Positions 17,872 to 29,056 of a stretch of 32,658 nt of DNA are shown here, in pieces; the stretch's first letter is position 1; every line of letters starts with the position of its first letter. This DNA is from an uncultured Methanosarcinales archaeon (GTDB lineage Archaea; Nanobdellota; Nanobdellia; Woesearchaeales; DSVV01): assembly GCA_964593285.1 (NCBI GenBank), contig CAZQHZ010000015.1, positions 1-32,658 on the forward strand, read 5' to 3'. The position numbers were made by a program, and so were the translations under genes. The notes under the pieces are model-generated. The model was not told the DNA's origin. It was given only the letters and a program-made list of their open reading frames with translations, and ran no database searches.

Positions 17872-18516
17872 TTAATCAAATCCTTTTTCTCCTTTCATTA
17901 ATATAAAATTAAAAAAACCATGATTTTCAATATTAATTTTATCATCTTTTTTTATTAATTTAGTCATTTTTTGAAAATTTTTACCAACCGGTGCAACAAT
18001 TATTCCAAAGTCATTTAATTGATTAATTAATTCAGTAAATATTTCTTTTATTGCGCACGTTACAATAATTTTATCATAAGGTGCATTCTTTTTATAACCA
18101 AAAGCACCATCGCCATGTACTAACTCAATATCAAAATTTTTATCTTTAATTAATTTTTTTAATTTATCAATTGAATTTTTTTCATATTCAATTGTTGTAA
18201 CTTTGCCATTTTTAACAATTTCTTTAATTAAAACAGCATTCCACATTGACCCTGTGCCAATTTCTAAAACATTATCGCCTTTTTTTAAATCTAGTAAATT
18301 AAGCATTAATGCAACAGTGTAGGGCTGAGAAATTGTTTGATTATTAGAAATTAAAAGAGCATTATCTGAATAGGCTAATTTTAAATCAATGTCATTATCT
18401 AAAAATAAATGTCTTTTGTGTTTTCTCATTGCATTAAAAATTAATTCATTATTAACACCATATTCTTTAATTGTATTTATCATGTTTTCATTTAATGAAT
18501 CGATATAATTTACCAT
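17872..18516 (-). CDS. pcm: Protein-L-isoaspartate O-methyltransferase
   Basis: RHLF, AYSD, QTISQPYTVA, VLEIGTGS, GDG..GY...APYDKIIVT and APVG; ATG at 18516. Confidence 0.93.
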   Translation of the reverse strand: MVNYIDSLNENMINTIKEYGVNNELIFNAMRKHKRHLFLDNDIDLKLAYSDNALLISNNQTISQPYTVALMLNLLDLKKGDNVLEIGTGSMWNAVLIKEIVKNGKVTTIEYEKNSIDKLKKLIKDKNFDIELVHGDGAFGYKKNAPYDKIIVTCAIKEIFTELINQLNDFGIIVAPVGKNFQKMTKLIKKDDKINIENHGFFNFILMKGEKGFD

Positions 18517-18623
18517 TTTAAATAAAGAAAACAAATGAATTATTTTAATATTTTCATATCTACTAAAACATTTAATCAAAAAAACATCAAAAATATAAAT
18601 GATTATTAATTTTACAATTTGCT

Positions 18624-21425
18624 ATGAAAAATCTAATTATAAAAAGGGCACGTGAACATAATTTAAAAAATATTAATGTTGAGATTCCAAGGAATAAGTT
18701 AGTTGTAATTACTGGCCTTTCTGGCTCTGGAAAATCAACACTTGCATTTGACACAATATATGCTGAAGGACAGCGAAGATATGTTGAATCATTATCTTCT
18801 TATGCAAGACAATTTTTGGGCTTAATGAATAAACCAGATGTTGATTCAATTGAAGGTTTATCTCCTGCAATTTCAATAGACCAAAAAACTACATCAAAAA
18901 ATCCTAGGAGTACTGTTGGTACTGTTACTGAAATATATGATTATTTAAGATTATTATTTGCAAGGGTTGGTGATGCATATTGCCCTCTGCATAATATCAA
19001 AATAGAATCTAATTCACCTGAAAAAATTAAAGAATCAATTAAAAAAAATACAGACATAATTGTTTATGCACCAATAGTTAGACAAAAAAAAGGAACATAT
19101 GAAAAATTAATTGAAGATATACAAAAGGATGGATTTATGACTGTTAGAGTTAATAACAAAGAGTATTCAACTAATGAAAAAATCCCTCTTGAAAGATATA
19201 AAAAACATGATATTGATATTTTAATTGATGAATTAAATACAAGTGATGAATCAAGATTGATTGAAAGCTTAGAACTTGCATTAAAAAAATCAAAAGGCTT
19301 AGTGATAATAAAAGAGAAAAAAGGTAGTGAAAAATTATATTCTCAAAATTTTGCATGTCCTATCTGTAATTTTTCATTTGAAGAATTACAACCTAGAATG
19401 TTTTCATTTAATAGTCCATTTGGTGCATGCGAAGTATGTCATGGACTTGGAATAAAGATGGAATTTGATCCAGATTTAATAATTCCAGATAAAAATAAAT
19501 CAATTGCTGATGGTGCGATTATGATTTATAGAAATGCTATTGATGGATGGCGCGGGCAGATGATTGGAAATATTGCAAAAAATTTTGGTTTTTCAATATT
19601 AACACCAATAAAAGATTTAACAAAAGAACAATTTGACATATTAATGTATGGTTCAGATAAAGAGATTAAATTTACATATAATAGTAGAAATAGTAATACA
19701 AGTTGGAATTCTGTTAATACTTGGGAAGGATTAATTCCTCAATCTGAAAGATTATATCAACAAACTGAATCTGATTATAGACGAAATGAGTTGGAAAAAT
19801 TTATGAGAGTTTTAAAATGTCCTAGGTGTAATGGAAAAAGATTAAATGAAAAAGCATTAGCTGTTAAAATAGATAATATGTCAATAATTGATGTTACTAA
19901 TTTATCAATATTAAATTCAATTAAATTTTTTTTAAAATTAAAATTATCTAAAACAAAAGAAAAAATTGCAAAGCAAGTTTTAAAAGAAATTAATTCAAGG
20001 CTTGATTTTTTAAAAAAAGTTGGATTGGATTATTTAACACTATCGAGAAGTGCATCAACTTTATCTGGTGGTGAAGCACAAAGAATAAGACTTGCAACAC
20101 AAATTGGATCTAGTTTAACTGGAGTTTTATATGTATTAGATGAGCCATCAATTGGCCTTCATCAGCGGGATAATCAAAAATTAATTGATACCCTAAAAAA
20201 TTTAAGAGATCAAGAAAATAGTGTTATTGTAGTTGAACATGATGAAGATACAATTCTTGCATCTGATTTTGTAATAGATATAGGCCCATATGCAGGAGTT
20301 AATGGTGGAGAAATTGTTGCAACTGGAACTCCTAGTGAAATTCGAAAAAATAAAAACTCTTTAACTGCAAAATATTTAAATTCAGAATTAAAAATAGATA
20401 TTCCAAAAACACGACGAAAATCAAATGAATTTATTAAAATAATTGGTGCAAGTGAAAACAATTTAAAAAATATAGATGTTAAAATACCACTATCAACCTT
20501 GTGCTTAATTACTGGTGTATCTGGATCTGGTAAATCTACATTGATTTATGAAATATTATATAAAGCTATGATGAAAAAATTACATAATTCTAAAGAAATT
20601 CCGGGGAAACATAAAGAGATTTTATTTGATTCAAATATTGATAAGGTAATAATTATTGATCAAAGCCCTATTGGTAAAACACCAAGAAGTAATCCTGCAA
20701 CGTATACTAAAGTTTTTGATGAAATTAGATCCTTATTTTCACAAACAAAAGATGCAAAATTAAAAGGATACAAACAAGGTAGATTTTCATTTAATGTTCC
20801 TGGTGGTAGATGTGAAAATTGCCATGGTGATGGTGTTATTAAAATTGAGATGAATTTTTTACCTGATGTTTATGTAGAATGTGAAGAATGTAAAGGAAAA
20901 CGATATAACAAAGAAACACTAGAAATTAAATTTAAAAATAAAAATATTTCTGATGTATTAAATATGAGTGTTGATGAAGCTTATGAATTTTTTGTAAATA
21001 TTCCTAGATTAAAAAAAAAATTAGAAACACTAAAGCGAGTTGGTCTTGGTTATGTTAAATTAGGTCAAAGTTCAACTACATTATCTGGTGGTGAAGCTCA
21101 AAGAATAAAAATTACACGAGAATTATCAAAGCGTTCAACTGGAAAAACATTATATTTACTAGATGAGCCAACAACCGGGCTTCATTTTCATGATGTAAAA
21201 AAATTAATTAAGGTTTTAAATGATTTAACTGATAAAAAAAATACTGTTATTGTAATTGAGCATAATTTGGATGTTATAAAATCAGCTGATTACATTATTG
21301 ATATTGGTCCTGAAGGAGGGGAATTTGGTGGGGAAATTATAGCCACAGGAACCCCTGAAGAGTTGATAAAAAATAAAAAAAGCTACACTTCAAAATATTT
21401 AAAAAAAGTTCTATTAAAACAATAA
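18624..21425 (+). CDS. uvrA: Excinuclease ABC subunit A
   Basis: Two ABC cassettes ([25 protein letters not shown] x2, [16 protein letters not shown]) and zinc fingers. Confidence 0.98.
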   Translation: MKNLIIKRAREHNLKNINVEIPRNKLVVITGLSGSGKSTLAFDTIYAEGQRRYVESLSSYARQFLGLMNKPDVDSIEGLSPAISIDQKTTSKNPRSTVGTVTEIYDYLRLLFARVGDAYCPLHNIKIESNSPEKIKESIKKNTDIIVYAPIVRQKKGTYEKLIEDIQKDGFMTVRVNNKEYSTNEKIPLERYKKHDIDILIDELNTSDESRLIESLELALKKSKGLVIIKEKKGSEKLYSQNFACPICNFSFEELQPRMFSFNSPFGACEVCHGLGIKMEFDPDLIIPDKNKSIADGAIMIYRNAIDGWRGQMIGNIAKNFGFSILTPIKDLTKEQFDILMYGSDKEIKFTYNSRNSNTSWNSVNTWEGLIPQSERLYQQTESDYRRNELEKFMRVLKCPRCNGKRLNEKALAVKIDNMSIIDVTNLSILNSIKFFLKLKLSKTKEKIAKQVLKEINSRLDFLKKVGLDYLTLSRSASTLSGGEAQRIRLATQIGSSLTGVLYVLDEPSIGLHQRDNQKLIDTLKNLRDQENSVIVVEHDEDTILASDFVIDIGPYAGVNGGEIVATGTPSEIRKNKNSLTAKYLNSELKIDIPKTRRKSNEFIKIIGASENNLKNIDVKIPLSTLCLITGVSGSGKSTLIYEILYKAMMKKLHNSKEIPGKHKEILFDSNIDKVIIIDQSPIGKTPRSNPATYTKVFDEIRSLFSQTKDAKLKGYKQGRFSFNVPGGRCENCHGDGVIKIEMNFLPDVYVECEECKGKRYNKETLEIKFKNKNISDVLNMSVDEAYEFFVNIPRLKKKLETLKRVGLGYVKLGQSSTTLSGGEAQRIKITRELSKRSTGKTLYLLDEPTTGLHFHDVKKLIKVLNDLTDKKNTVIVIEHNLDVIKSADYIIDIGPEGGEFGGEIIATGTPEELIKNKKSYTSKYLKKVLLKQ

Positions 21426-21506
21426 AACTGTTGTGACTAATTAGTAATAAAAACAGATAAATTTAAATATTGGTTATGTTTCTAATAAATAAAATAGGTG
21501 ATTTTT

Positions 21507-21893
21507 ATGAATAATTATAACAAAGCTGAAAATTTATGCCAAAAAGCATTGAAGCATATAGCAAAATATAAAATCAACAAACCTAATGGGACATTTAGTA
21601 TTAATTATGATAAAATAAACACAAATGATTATTTAAAAATGCTTTCTTGTTATTTTGCTTCAATGAATGTTTTAAAAAAAGATAAGAAAATACATGTAAA
21701 AGATAAAGCAGATTTAGAATATAAATTAATTCCAGAAGTTAAAAGACAAATAAACCATTTAAAAGAGTATAAAAATAAAGAAGATTCAACATTTTATTTA
21801 CTTTTGATAAACAATCCAATGCCAAAAAAGGCCCAAAACATAAAAAAAGAATTGGAAAATATGATGTATGTTAAAACGCAAAATTATAATTAA
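21507..21893 (+). CDS. Hypothetical protein
   Basis: 128-aa ORF with AGGTGA RBS and TTTAAATA upstream; no family recognised. Confidence 0.6.
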   Translation: MNNYNKAENLCQKALKHIAKYKINKPNGTFSINYDKINTNDYLKMLSCYFASMNVLKKDKKIHVKDKADLEYKLIPEVKRQINHLKEYKNKEDSTFYLLLINNPMPKKAQNIKKELENMMYVKTQNYN

Positions 21894-21945
21894 TTTAAAA
21901 TTATTTATTTTAAAATATATTTTTTGAAAAAAGATGATAATGAAT

Positions 21946-23508
21946 TTATTTTAGTAATTCTTTTTTACGTAAAAGCTTATTGTAATTTATTGCAAATCTA
22001 TGTGCTTCATCCCTAATTCTTCTAATTAATAATAATACTTTATCTTTATCATCTAATTTTATTGAGTCTTTTTTATCTTTTATGAATATTTCTTCTTGTT
22101 TTTTTGCGATTGAAATAATTGGTATGTTTAAATTTAGTTTATTTAATTCAGTAACTGCAGAAGATAATTGTCCCTTTCCACCATCAATAATTATTAAATT
22201 GGGCATTTTTTTATCTTCATTTATCAATCTAGTATATCTTCTTTTAATAACCTCAGCAATTGCTGCAAAATCATCAATTTTAGTTATTGATTTAATTTTA
22301 AATCTTCTATAATCTTTTTTATTTATAATTCCATCAACAAATGATACCATTGATGCAACAGTCAAAGAACCAGATAAATGCGATATATCAAAACATTCAA
22401 TAACTTTTGGATATTGTTTTAAATTTAGTTTTTTCATCATTTCATTTAAAATTAATTTATTGTTAAGATATGTAATTTCTAAATTTTTCTTGGCAAGTTC
22501 TAATAATTCTTTTTTAATTCCTTTTTTTGGGATAATTAGTTCAACATTGCTTTTTTTTATGTTTGTTAAAAAATCTTTTAGTGTTTTATCTGTTTTTTCT
22601 GGAATAATTATTTTTTTTGGAACTTTATTTTCTGAATAGTATTGTACAATAAATTCATCTAAAAAATTTTTCTTATAATCAAATTCAAATTCAATTTTAT
22701 TATCAAGTGTTCCTCTATAAATATTAAAAATTATTAACTTTACTTTATTATCTATTATTATAAAATTAATAACATCTTCGTCATAATTTCTTTTTTTTTC
22801 TAAAATTTGTTTTTCATTTAATACATTAATTGAATCAATTATTTTTTTAATTTCTAGTGCTTTTTCAAATTTGTTTTCATTTGAATTTTTTTTCATTTCT
22901 TTTTCTAATTTTTTTATTACATCACTAGTTTTTGAAAGTAAAATGTCTTTTGCTTTTTTTATATTTTTATCATATTCTTCTTTTGATATTGCATTTATGC
23001 AAGGTGCACTGCACAAATTAATATGGTATCTAAGACATTCTTTTTTTGGCATTTTTCTGCACGTTCTAATTTTAAAAATTTTTTGTAATGTATATAAAAT
23101 ATTATTTCTATCATTACTTAAAATAAATGGGCCAAAAAATTCGCCAGAATTATCAATTTTCCTTGCAACAATTAATCTTTGAAATTTTTCATTTGTTAGT
23201 TTTATAAATCCATATCTTTTAGAATCTTTTAAATCGATGTTATATTTTGGTTTATGTTTTTTTATTAATGTATTTTCAAGTATAAACGCTTCAATTTCAT
23301 TGTATGTTATGATAAAATCAATTATTTTTATATTTTTAATTAAACTTTTTGTTTTATTATCAAATTCGTTTTTACTAAAATAACTAGAAATTCTATTTTT
23401 TAGATTTTTTGCTTTTCCTATATAAATAATTTTATTATTTTTATCTTTAAAAATATAACAGCCTGGTTTTTCTGGAATTTTATCTTTTTGAATTTTTAAT
23501 TCTTCCAT
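21946..23508 (-). CDS. uvrC: Excinuclease ABC subunit C, lacking C-terminal HhH domain
   Basis: GIY-YIG (PGCY, YIGKA), Cys cluster, IECFDISH, IIDGGKGQL and RDEAHRFA; stops shortly afterwards. Confidence 0.95.
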   Translation of the reverse strand: MEELKIQKDKIPEKPGCYIFKDKNNKIIYIGKAKNLKNRISSYFSKNEFDNKTKSLIKNIKIIDFIITYNEIEAFILENTLIKKHKPKYNIDLKDSKRYGFIKLTNEKFQRLIVARKIDNSGEFFGPFILSNDRNNILYTLQKIFKIRTCRKMPKKECLRYHINLCSAPCINAISKEEYDKNIKKAKDILLSKTSDVIKKLEKEMKKNSNENKFEKALEIKKIIDSINVLNEKQILEKKRNYDEDVINFIIIDNKVKLIIFNIYRGTLDNKIEFEFDYKKNFLDEFIVQYYSENKVPKKIIIPEKTDKTLKDFLTNIKKSNVELIIPKKGIKKELLELAKKNLEITYLNNKLILNEMMKKLNLKQYPKVIECFDISHLSGSLTVASMVSFVDGIINKKDYRRFKIKSITKIDDFAAIAEVIKRRYTRLINEDKKMPNLIIIDGGKGQLSSAVTELNKLNLNIPIISIAKKQEEIFIKDKKDSIKLDDKDKVLLLIRRIRDEAHRFAINYNKLLRKKELLK

Positions 23509-23674
23509 TTTTTATCTTTTGTAGAAATTTAATAAGTGTTATTTAATTTTTAATGTTTTTTGATTTTAAAATAATATATTTATTGATAATTTTTTTGTGT
23601 TTATAAAAAGTTTGTTAAATTTTTTGTGTTAATTTAAAACTAAATTATTTAAATTAATAAATATTACTACACTT

Positions 23675-24307
23675 ATGAATATTTCAAAATCTACATTAGC
23701 AATAATTTTATCTAAATTAAAAACTTTTAATAATCCAAATATTAAACTAGAGCAATATTCTACTGATTCTGAAATTGCATCAAATATGTTATGGATTATT
23801 TATATGAAAAAACAAATTCAAGAAAAAGTTATTGCAGATTTTGGATGTGGTGCTGGAATTTTAGGTATTGGTTCATTAATTTTGGGTGCGAAAAAAGTTT
23901 ATTTTGTTGATATTGATGAAAATACATTATTAGTTTTAAAAGAAAATATTTTATTTTTAGAAAAAGAATTTAATTTTAAAATTAAAAAAAATAGTTATGA
24001 AATTATAAATGGTGATATAGATTCATTTAATAAATTTGTAGATGTTGTTGTTCAAAATCCACCTTTTGGAACTAAACAAAAACATAGTGATAAAAAATTT
24101 TTGTTAAAAGCTTTTGATACTTCAAACATTGTTTATAGTTTACATAAAACCATTACTTTTGATTTTATTGAAAAATTAGCAAATTCTAATGGTTTTATTA
24201 TAAGCGAAAAATTAGATTTTAATTATCCATTAAAAAACACTTTTAAAATTCATAAATCAAAAATTAAAATAATTAATGTTAGCTTGTTTATTTTTGAAAA
24301 AAAGTAA
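23675..24307 (+). CDS. METTL5-family N6-adenine RNA methyltransferase
   Basis: LEQYST, DFGCGAGILG, VDID, NPPFG and YSLH motifs. Confidence 0.88.
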   Translation: MNISKSTLAIILSKLKTFNNPNIKLEQYSTDSEIASNMLWIIYMKKQIQEKVIADFGCGAGILGIGSLILGAKKVYFVDIDENTLLVLKENILFLEKEFNFKIKKNSYEIINGDIDSFNKFVDVVVQNPPFGTKQKHSDKKFLLKAFDTSNIVYSLHKTITFDFIEKLANSNGFIISEKLDFNYPLKNTFKIHKSKIKIINVSLFIFEKK

Positions 24308-24370
24308 ATTTATTATTTTTTAAACTCAAAAGTGATAAAATTTTTAAATTTGTTTATTATTCTAAGTAAA

Positions 24371-25123
24371 ATGAGTAAAAATTTATCAGATTTATTAAAA
24401 ATTGGATTTATTTCAACATCACTATTATTTATGTCAAATTGTGATTTTAAAAAAGATGAAAATTATAATAGTGATAGTAATGATGTTAGTTATTTAGATG
24501 AAAGTATAAATACAAAAATTAATATTAATCGTGAAAAATTATTGTCAAAATCAAAAGATGATACATTAGAAAATAAATTTTTATTCGATTTAAAAAAATC
24601 AGTAGATAATATTTTACAAGATGCACATTATGATGGTAGCAATTTATTTGAAATTAATAATACATACAAAACTGCTATTAACTCAATTGATAATTATATA
24701 GAAAAACCTCATGTCTCTGAGTTTATTTTTGATGGATATTTAAATCAAATTAAAAAGAAAGAAAAACTATTTTCATCAATAGAAAAAGAAAAAAATAAAT
24801 TTTATACACATGTAAATTATAGAAAAAAAGAAGAATTAAATTTAGAAAATTCTTTAAAATTGATTGATTTTTTTAATGTATATCAAAATGGTTTTTCTAA
24901 TGAAGTTGAATTTAAAAAAATAGTTGATTATACTCAAGGATTTATTAATCAAACAAAAATAACAATTGGTTTACTTGATGGTTTAATTGAAAATTATCAT
25001 AAAAATTATGAGAATAAATATAATGAATTAGTAAAAACAAATATTATTCTCAATCAATTTATTTTAGAATATGCAAAAGAATTTTTAAATCAAATAAATC
25101 CTGTATTAGTTGTTGAAAAATAA
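24371..25123 (+). CDS. Hypothetical exported or membrane-anchored protein
   Basis: N-terminal hydrophobic stretch ending LLFMSNC; helical body; no family recognised. Confidence 0.6.
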   Translation: MSKNLSDLLKIGFISTSLLFMSNCDFKKDENYNSDSNDVSYLDESINTKININREKLLSKSKDDTLENKFLFDLKKSVDNILQDAHYDGSNLFEINNTYKTAINSIDNYIEKPHVSEFIFDGYLNQIKKKEKLFSSIEKEKNKFYTHVNYRKKEELNLENSLKLIDFFNVYQNGFSNEVEFKKIVDYTQGFINQTKITIGLLDGLIENYHKNYENKYNELVKTNIILNQFILEYAKEFLNQINPVLVVEK

Positions 25124-25171
25124 TTTTAAAAATCGTAAAGTTTATATTTGATTAATTTACTCTTTTTTAAT

Positions 25172-25360
25172 ATGGGATTAAAAAAATGCGATTTTTGTGA
25201 TAATAAAGTGCCACAAGGTGGACAATGTAATAAATGTGGCTTTGTTGATGGATTTAGAAGACAGCCAACTAGCCAAGAATTTAAAAACGCTAGAAAAATC
25301 AATGAAAAAAATAAATATAAGCAATTTAAAAATATAGATATGCTTTTACTTGATGATTAA
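25172..25360 (+). CDS. Small zinc-finger protein
   Basis: CDFC...CNKCGF; ATG at 25172 with TTTATATT ~25-30 nt upstream. Confidence 0.65.
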   Translation: MGLKKCDFCDNKVPQGGQCNKCGFVDGFRRQPTSQEFKNARKINEKNKYKQFKNIDMLLLDD

Positions 25361-25402
25361 CTATTTGTTACTTGATAATTTTTTTCTTTTTATAATGTGA
25401 TT

Positions 25403-26593
25403 TTATCTGCTGTAATAATCTTCTAATATTACCATATCAATGTCATCATTATCTTTTAGAGAATATAGTTTTCCATTAGCAATTTCTGTTATTTCTTTTG
25501 CTAATTCTTCACCTTTTTTATCAAGATTTATCCCAATAAAAGAAATGGTTATTTTTAGTTGTGCAGCTTTTGATGCAGCTTTAATTGTATCTTCTTTAGG
25601 TTTATTGCCCGAAGTTACAAGTGCGTCACTAATTATTACTAAATGATTTGTTGCATTTTTATCATGAAATAATTCAATTGCTTTATTGATTGTTTTTGAA
25701 ATGTCTGTTTCACTATAAGCTTTTATTGAAATCATTTCTTTTAATAGCAATGAAAAATCATTTGTTGGAGGAATTTCTTTTTGTATTTCTTTTCCAAAAA
25801 TAATTAATCCAACTTCATCTTTTTCATTTATAGCTTTATAAGCTAAAGCAACACCTGCTTTTTTACATTTATCAATTTTATCTCCTTTCATTGAAGCAGA
25901 TGAATCTAGTGCATAAATTATATATATTTTTCCTTTGGACTGCCTTTCAAATACTTTTAAATCATTTAATTGAATATTTTTATGACCTCTTTTAATTGCA
26001 GTTTTTATTGATCTTCTAATAGAAATATCTTTATAATTATTTCCTCTTTTATAATTTTTAATATCCATCTTTTCGCCATAAACCATTGGTTTTTTATTGA
26101 ATTTATTGCCTAAATTACCAATTGATTCAATTTTATCAATTTCTTCAACCAAACTTATTAGTGCAGTTAGTTCAATTCCTTTATCAGATAGAGAATAATC
26201 TTTATTTAGCAATTTATCTTTTTTTAATTTTTTAATTTTTTCATTCATCTTTTTTTTTAATTCATTTTGAAACTCTGGAACGTGAATGTTTTTTTCAATA
26301 TAGTCATCATTAAATCCACTAATTGCTTTAATTAACTTAGGCCCATAGATTTGTTTTGCAAGGTTATAATTATTGACTAGATTTTCAAACATTAAATCAG
26401 CATTAAAACCAGAAATATTATTATTGATTGCTTCATTTAATAATTTACCATCATCGATAGTTTCTTTATCATTTTCAATAACAGAATGCATTAGTTTATC
26501 ATCAACATTTTGAAACTGTAGTTTTCCACTCAATTCTTCTGCTTTTTCTTGTTCTTTTAATTTTGTTGTAGAGTAGTTGGTATTAGGGGTCAT
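25403..26593 (-). CDS. vWA domain protein (ChlD-like partner)
   Basis: DISIRRSIKTA, MIDAS LDSSASMKG, TDI and ISDA; ATG at 26593 overlaps the ATPase stop. Confidence 0.88.
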   Translation of the reverse strand: MTPNTNYSTTKLKEQEKAEELSGKLQFQNVDDKLMHSVIENDKETIDDGKLLNEAINNNISGFNADLMFENLVNNYNLAKQIYGPKLIKAISGFNDDYIEKNIHVPEFQNELKKKMNEKIKKLKKDKLLNKDYSLSDKGIELTALISLVEEIDKIESIGNLGNKFNKKPMVYGEKMDIKNYKRGNNYKDISIRRSIKTAIKRGHKNIQLNDLKVFERQSKGKIYIIYALDSSASMKGDKIDKCKKAGVALAYKAINEKDEVGLIIFGKEIQKEIPPTNDFSLLLKEMISIKAYSETDISKTINKAIELFHDKNATNHLVIISDALVTSGNKPKEDTIKAASKAAQLKITISFIGINLDKKGEELAKEITEIANGKLYSLKDNDDIDMVILEDYYSR

Positions 26594-27617
26594 CGCCTTT
26601 TGAATCAAAGTCAGATGATGAAGATACTGATGTATCTTCAGTAAATTTTTCAAATTCTTCTTTAATAAAAGAAGATGCATTTTTTAAATATTTTACACTT
26701 GGTTTTAATCTTATACGATGAGTTATAACTGAATTTATTGATTCTTTTACATCATTTAAAATAACTTTATTTCGATTATTTAAAAATGCATTAGATTGTG
26801 CTCTTTCATATAAACCAAGGGTTGCTCGAACACTTGGAACTTTTTCTAATTTATCATTTTCTCTAATTTTTCTAACAAAACCAACAATTATATTTTTAAT
26901 GTCATCACTTACTGTAACAAAGTTTTTTCCATAAATTGTAATTATTTTCTTTTCAGTTTCTAAATCTTCTGGATAATCCATGTATATTACATCAAATCTA
27001 TCAAGTAGTACATCAGATAATCTTTCTGTGTTTATATCTTTTGGATTCATTGTTGCAATTAAAATAAAATCTGTTTTAAAATCAATCTCATAATTTGAAA
27101 TTGTTGCTTTTCGCTCTTCTAAAACTTGTAGTAATGCGTTTTGTAATTTTTCTGGACATCTATTTATTTCATCAAAAAATAAAATTCCTTGGTTTGCTTT
27201 AAAAATTTTTCCAGGGGTAAATGCTTCTTTACTTGTAGGTCCAAATTCTATTGCTTTAATTGGATCAATATCACCAATTAAATCTTCAACAGTTAAATCA
27301 GGTGATCCTTGAACTCTTATAAATCTTTGAATTCCAGTAATTTCTTTTTTTTTAATATCTGAATTTGTTTTACATTTTGGACAAATAGGCTCGTTTGGAA
27401 GACAGTTATAACCACAATCATTTACTGTAATTGTTGGTAATATTTTTGCAATATTTTTTGCAAGTGTTGTTTTTCCAATTCCAGGTTGTCCAAAAATTGC
27501 TATATGTCTTTTCATTAAAAGAGCAGATTTGATTTCTCTTTTAACTTTAAATTGACCATAAATTTCATCAAATTTTTCATTTTTTAATTTTTCATTAAAT
27601 TCGTTATTTTTTTCCAT
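26583..27617 (-). CDS. AAA+ ATPase, ChlI/MoxR-like
   Basis: GQPGIGKT, CGYNC.P...CPKC, FFDEINR, QNALLQVLEE, ATMNP and LDRF. Confidence 0.9.
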   Translation of the reverse strand: MEKNNEFNEKLKNEKFDEIYGQFKVKREIKSALLMKRHIAIFGQPGIGKTTLAKNIAKILPTITVNDCGYNCLPNEPICPKCKTNSDIKKKEITGIQRFIRVQGSPDLTVEDLIGDIDPIKAIEFGPTSKEAFTPGKIFKANQGILFFDEINRCPEKLQNALLQVLEERKATISNYEIDFKTDFILIATMNPKDINTERLSDVLLDRFDVIYMDYPEDLETEKKIITIYGKNFVTVSDDIKNIIVGFVRKIRENDKLEKVPSVRATLGLYERAQSNAFLNNRNKVILNDVKESINSVITHRIRLKPSVKYLKNASSFIKEEFEKFTEDTSVSSSSDFDSKGDDP

Positions 27618-27820
27618 AAGCTAAATTAAAATTTATTTATTTTATATAAATCTTTTGTTATAAAAATTTTAAAAATAAAAAAACTAATAAAAAAATTTAT
27701 AAATTTTAATTATAATCATAGTTTAAGTTATTAAATATCTTAAAATAAATAGAAAACTATTAAATGTGATTATTCAATTGAAGATTTATAAAAAATTTAG
27801 GATGATACAGGGAATTTGAA

Positions 27821-29056
27821 ATGGATTCTATATTTATTATTTTATTATCAATATTGATATTTTTTTCTGCATTATTTTCAGGAATAGAAACAGCATTTTT
27901 AAGTCTTGATAGAGCTAAATTAAAAACAATGATTCAAAATAAAGTTAAAAATGCTGAATTAGTTAATAGATTAAAACAAGAGCCACAAAAATTAATAAGT
28001 ACTTTATTAATTGGAAATAATTTAGTAAATATTGCTGCATCTGCTATTGCAACAGCTTTATGTATTAATTATTTTGGAAATTATGGTGTTGGAATTGCAA
28101 CAGGAATTATGACTATGGTAATTTTGTTTTTTGGTGAAATTACACCAAAAACAATTGCATTGTCAAATGCACCAGCTATTTGTTCATTTACTTCACCATT
28201 TATATATAGTCTAACTAAATTATTTAAACCATTAATTTGGGTTTCAAATAAATTTACAAAAAGTTTAACAAAAAGTTTTGGTGATGGTAAAACTCTTGCT
28301 ATAACAGAAGAAGAAATTAAATCATTTATTAGTATTGGCGAAGAAATTGGAAGCATTGAAAAAGATGAAAAAGAAATGATTGATAATATATTTAAAATGA
28401 ATGATATTCAAATTAATCATATAATGGTTCCAAAAATTAATGTAATTTCTATAAATTCTGATAAAAAAATAAAAGATGTTATTACAAAAATAATAAAGTG
28501 TGGTCATTCAAGAATACCGGTTTATAAAAAAGAAAAAGATAAGATTGTTGGTATTTTATATACTAAAGATGTGTTAGTAGAGATTGCTCGGGGCAATTTT
28601 GATAAAAAAATAGAAAAAATTGCAAGAGAAGTATTTTTTGTTCCAGAAACAAAAAAAGCAGATTCACTTTTAAATGAATTTAAAAAATTGAAAACACATA
28701 TTGCTGTTGCAATAAATGAATATGGTGATGTTACTGGAATTGTGACTTTAGAAGATATTTTAGAAGAGATTGTTGGAGAGATTTATGATGAAACCGACTT
28801 GGTTAAAATAAAAATAAAAAAAATAAAACCAAAAACATATGAAATTGATGGTGAAGCAACACTTGGAGAAATAAATAAAGGAATTGGAAGAAAATATTTT
28901 TTTGCAAAAGAATATGTTACAATTTCTGGATATATTATGAATAAATTGAGCAGAATTCCAAAAAATAAAGAAAATATTGAATTTAAAAAATTTAAATTAA
29001 AAATAGTTAATGTTAAAAATAATAAGTTAAACAAAATTATTATGTATATTAAATAG
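27821..29056 (+). CDS. CNNM/DUF21-CBS-CorC (hemolysin family) membrane protein
   Basis: FSGIETAF, LLIGNNLVNI, FGEITPK, HSRIPVY and GIVTLEDILEEIVGEIYDE. Confidence 0.93.
   Translation: MDSIFIILLSILIFFSALFSGIETAFLSLDRAKLKTMIQNKVKNAELVNRLKQEPQKLISTLLIGNNLVNIAASAIATALCINYFGNYGVGIATGIMTMVILFFGEITPKTIALSNAPAICSFTSPFIYSLTKLFKPLIWVSNKFTKSLTKSFGDGKTLAITEEEIKSFISIGEEIGSIEKDEKEMIDNIFKMNDIQINHIMVPKINVISINSDKKIKDVITKIIKCGHSRIPVYKKEKDKIVGILYTKDVLVEIARGNFDKKIEKIAREVFFVPETKKADSLLNEFKKLKTHIAVAINEYGDVTGIVTLEDILEEIVGEIYDETDLVKIKIKKIKPKTYEIDGEATLGEINKGIGRKYFFAKEYVTISGYIMNKLSRIPKNKENIEFKKFKLKIVNVKNNKLNKIIMYIK

Noticed and set aside
19649..19661. GGTTCAGATAAAG in uvrA matching part of the 34-bp repeat
   Set aside because: Short match within coding sequence (GSDK); chance is sufficient.
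26594..26680. Longer start for the vWA gene overlapping the ATPase by ~100 nt
   Set aside because: ATG at 26593 gives a typical short overlap with an RBS-like AAGGCG.
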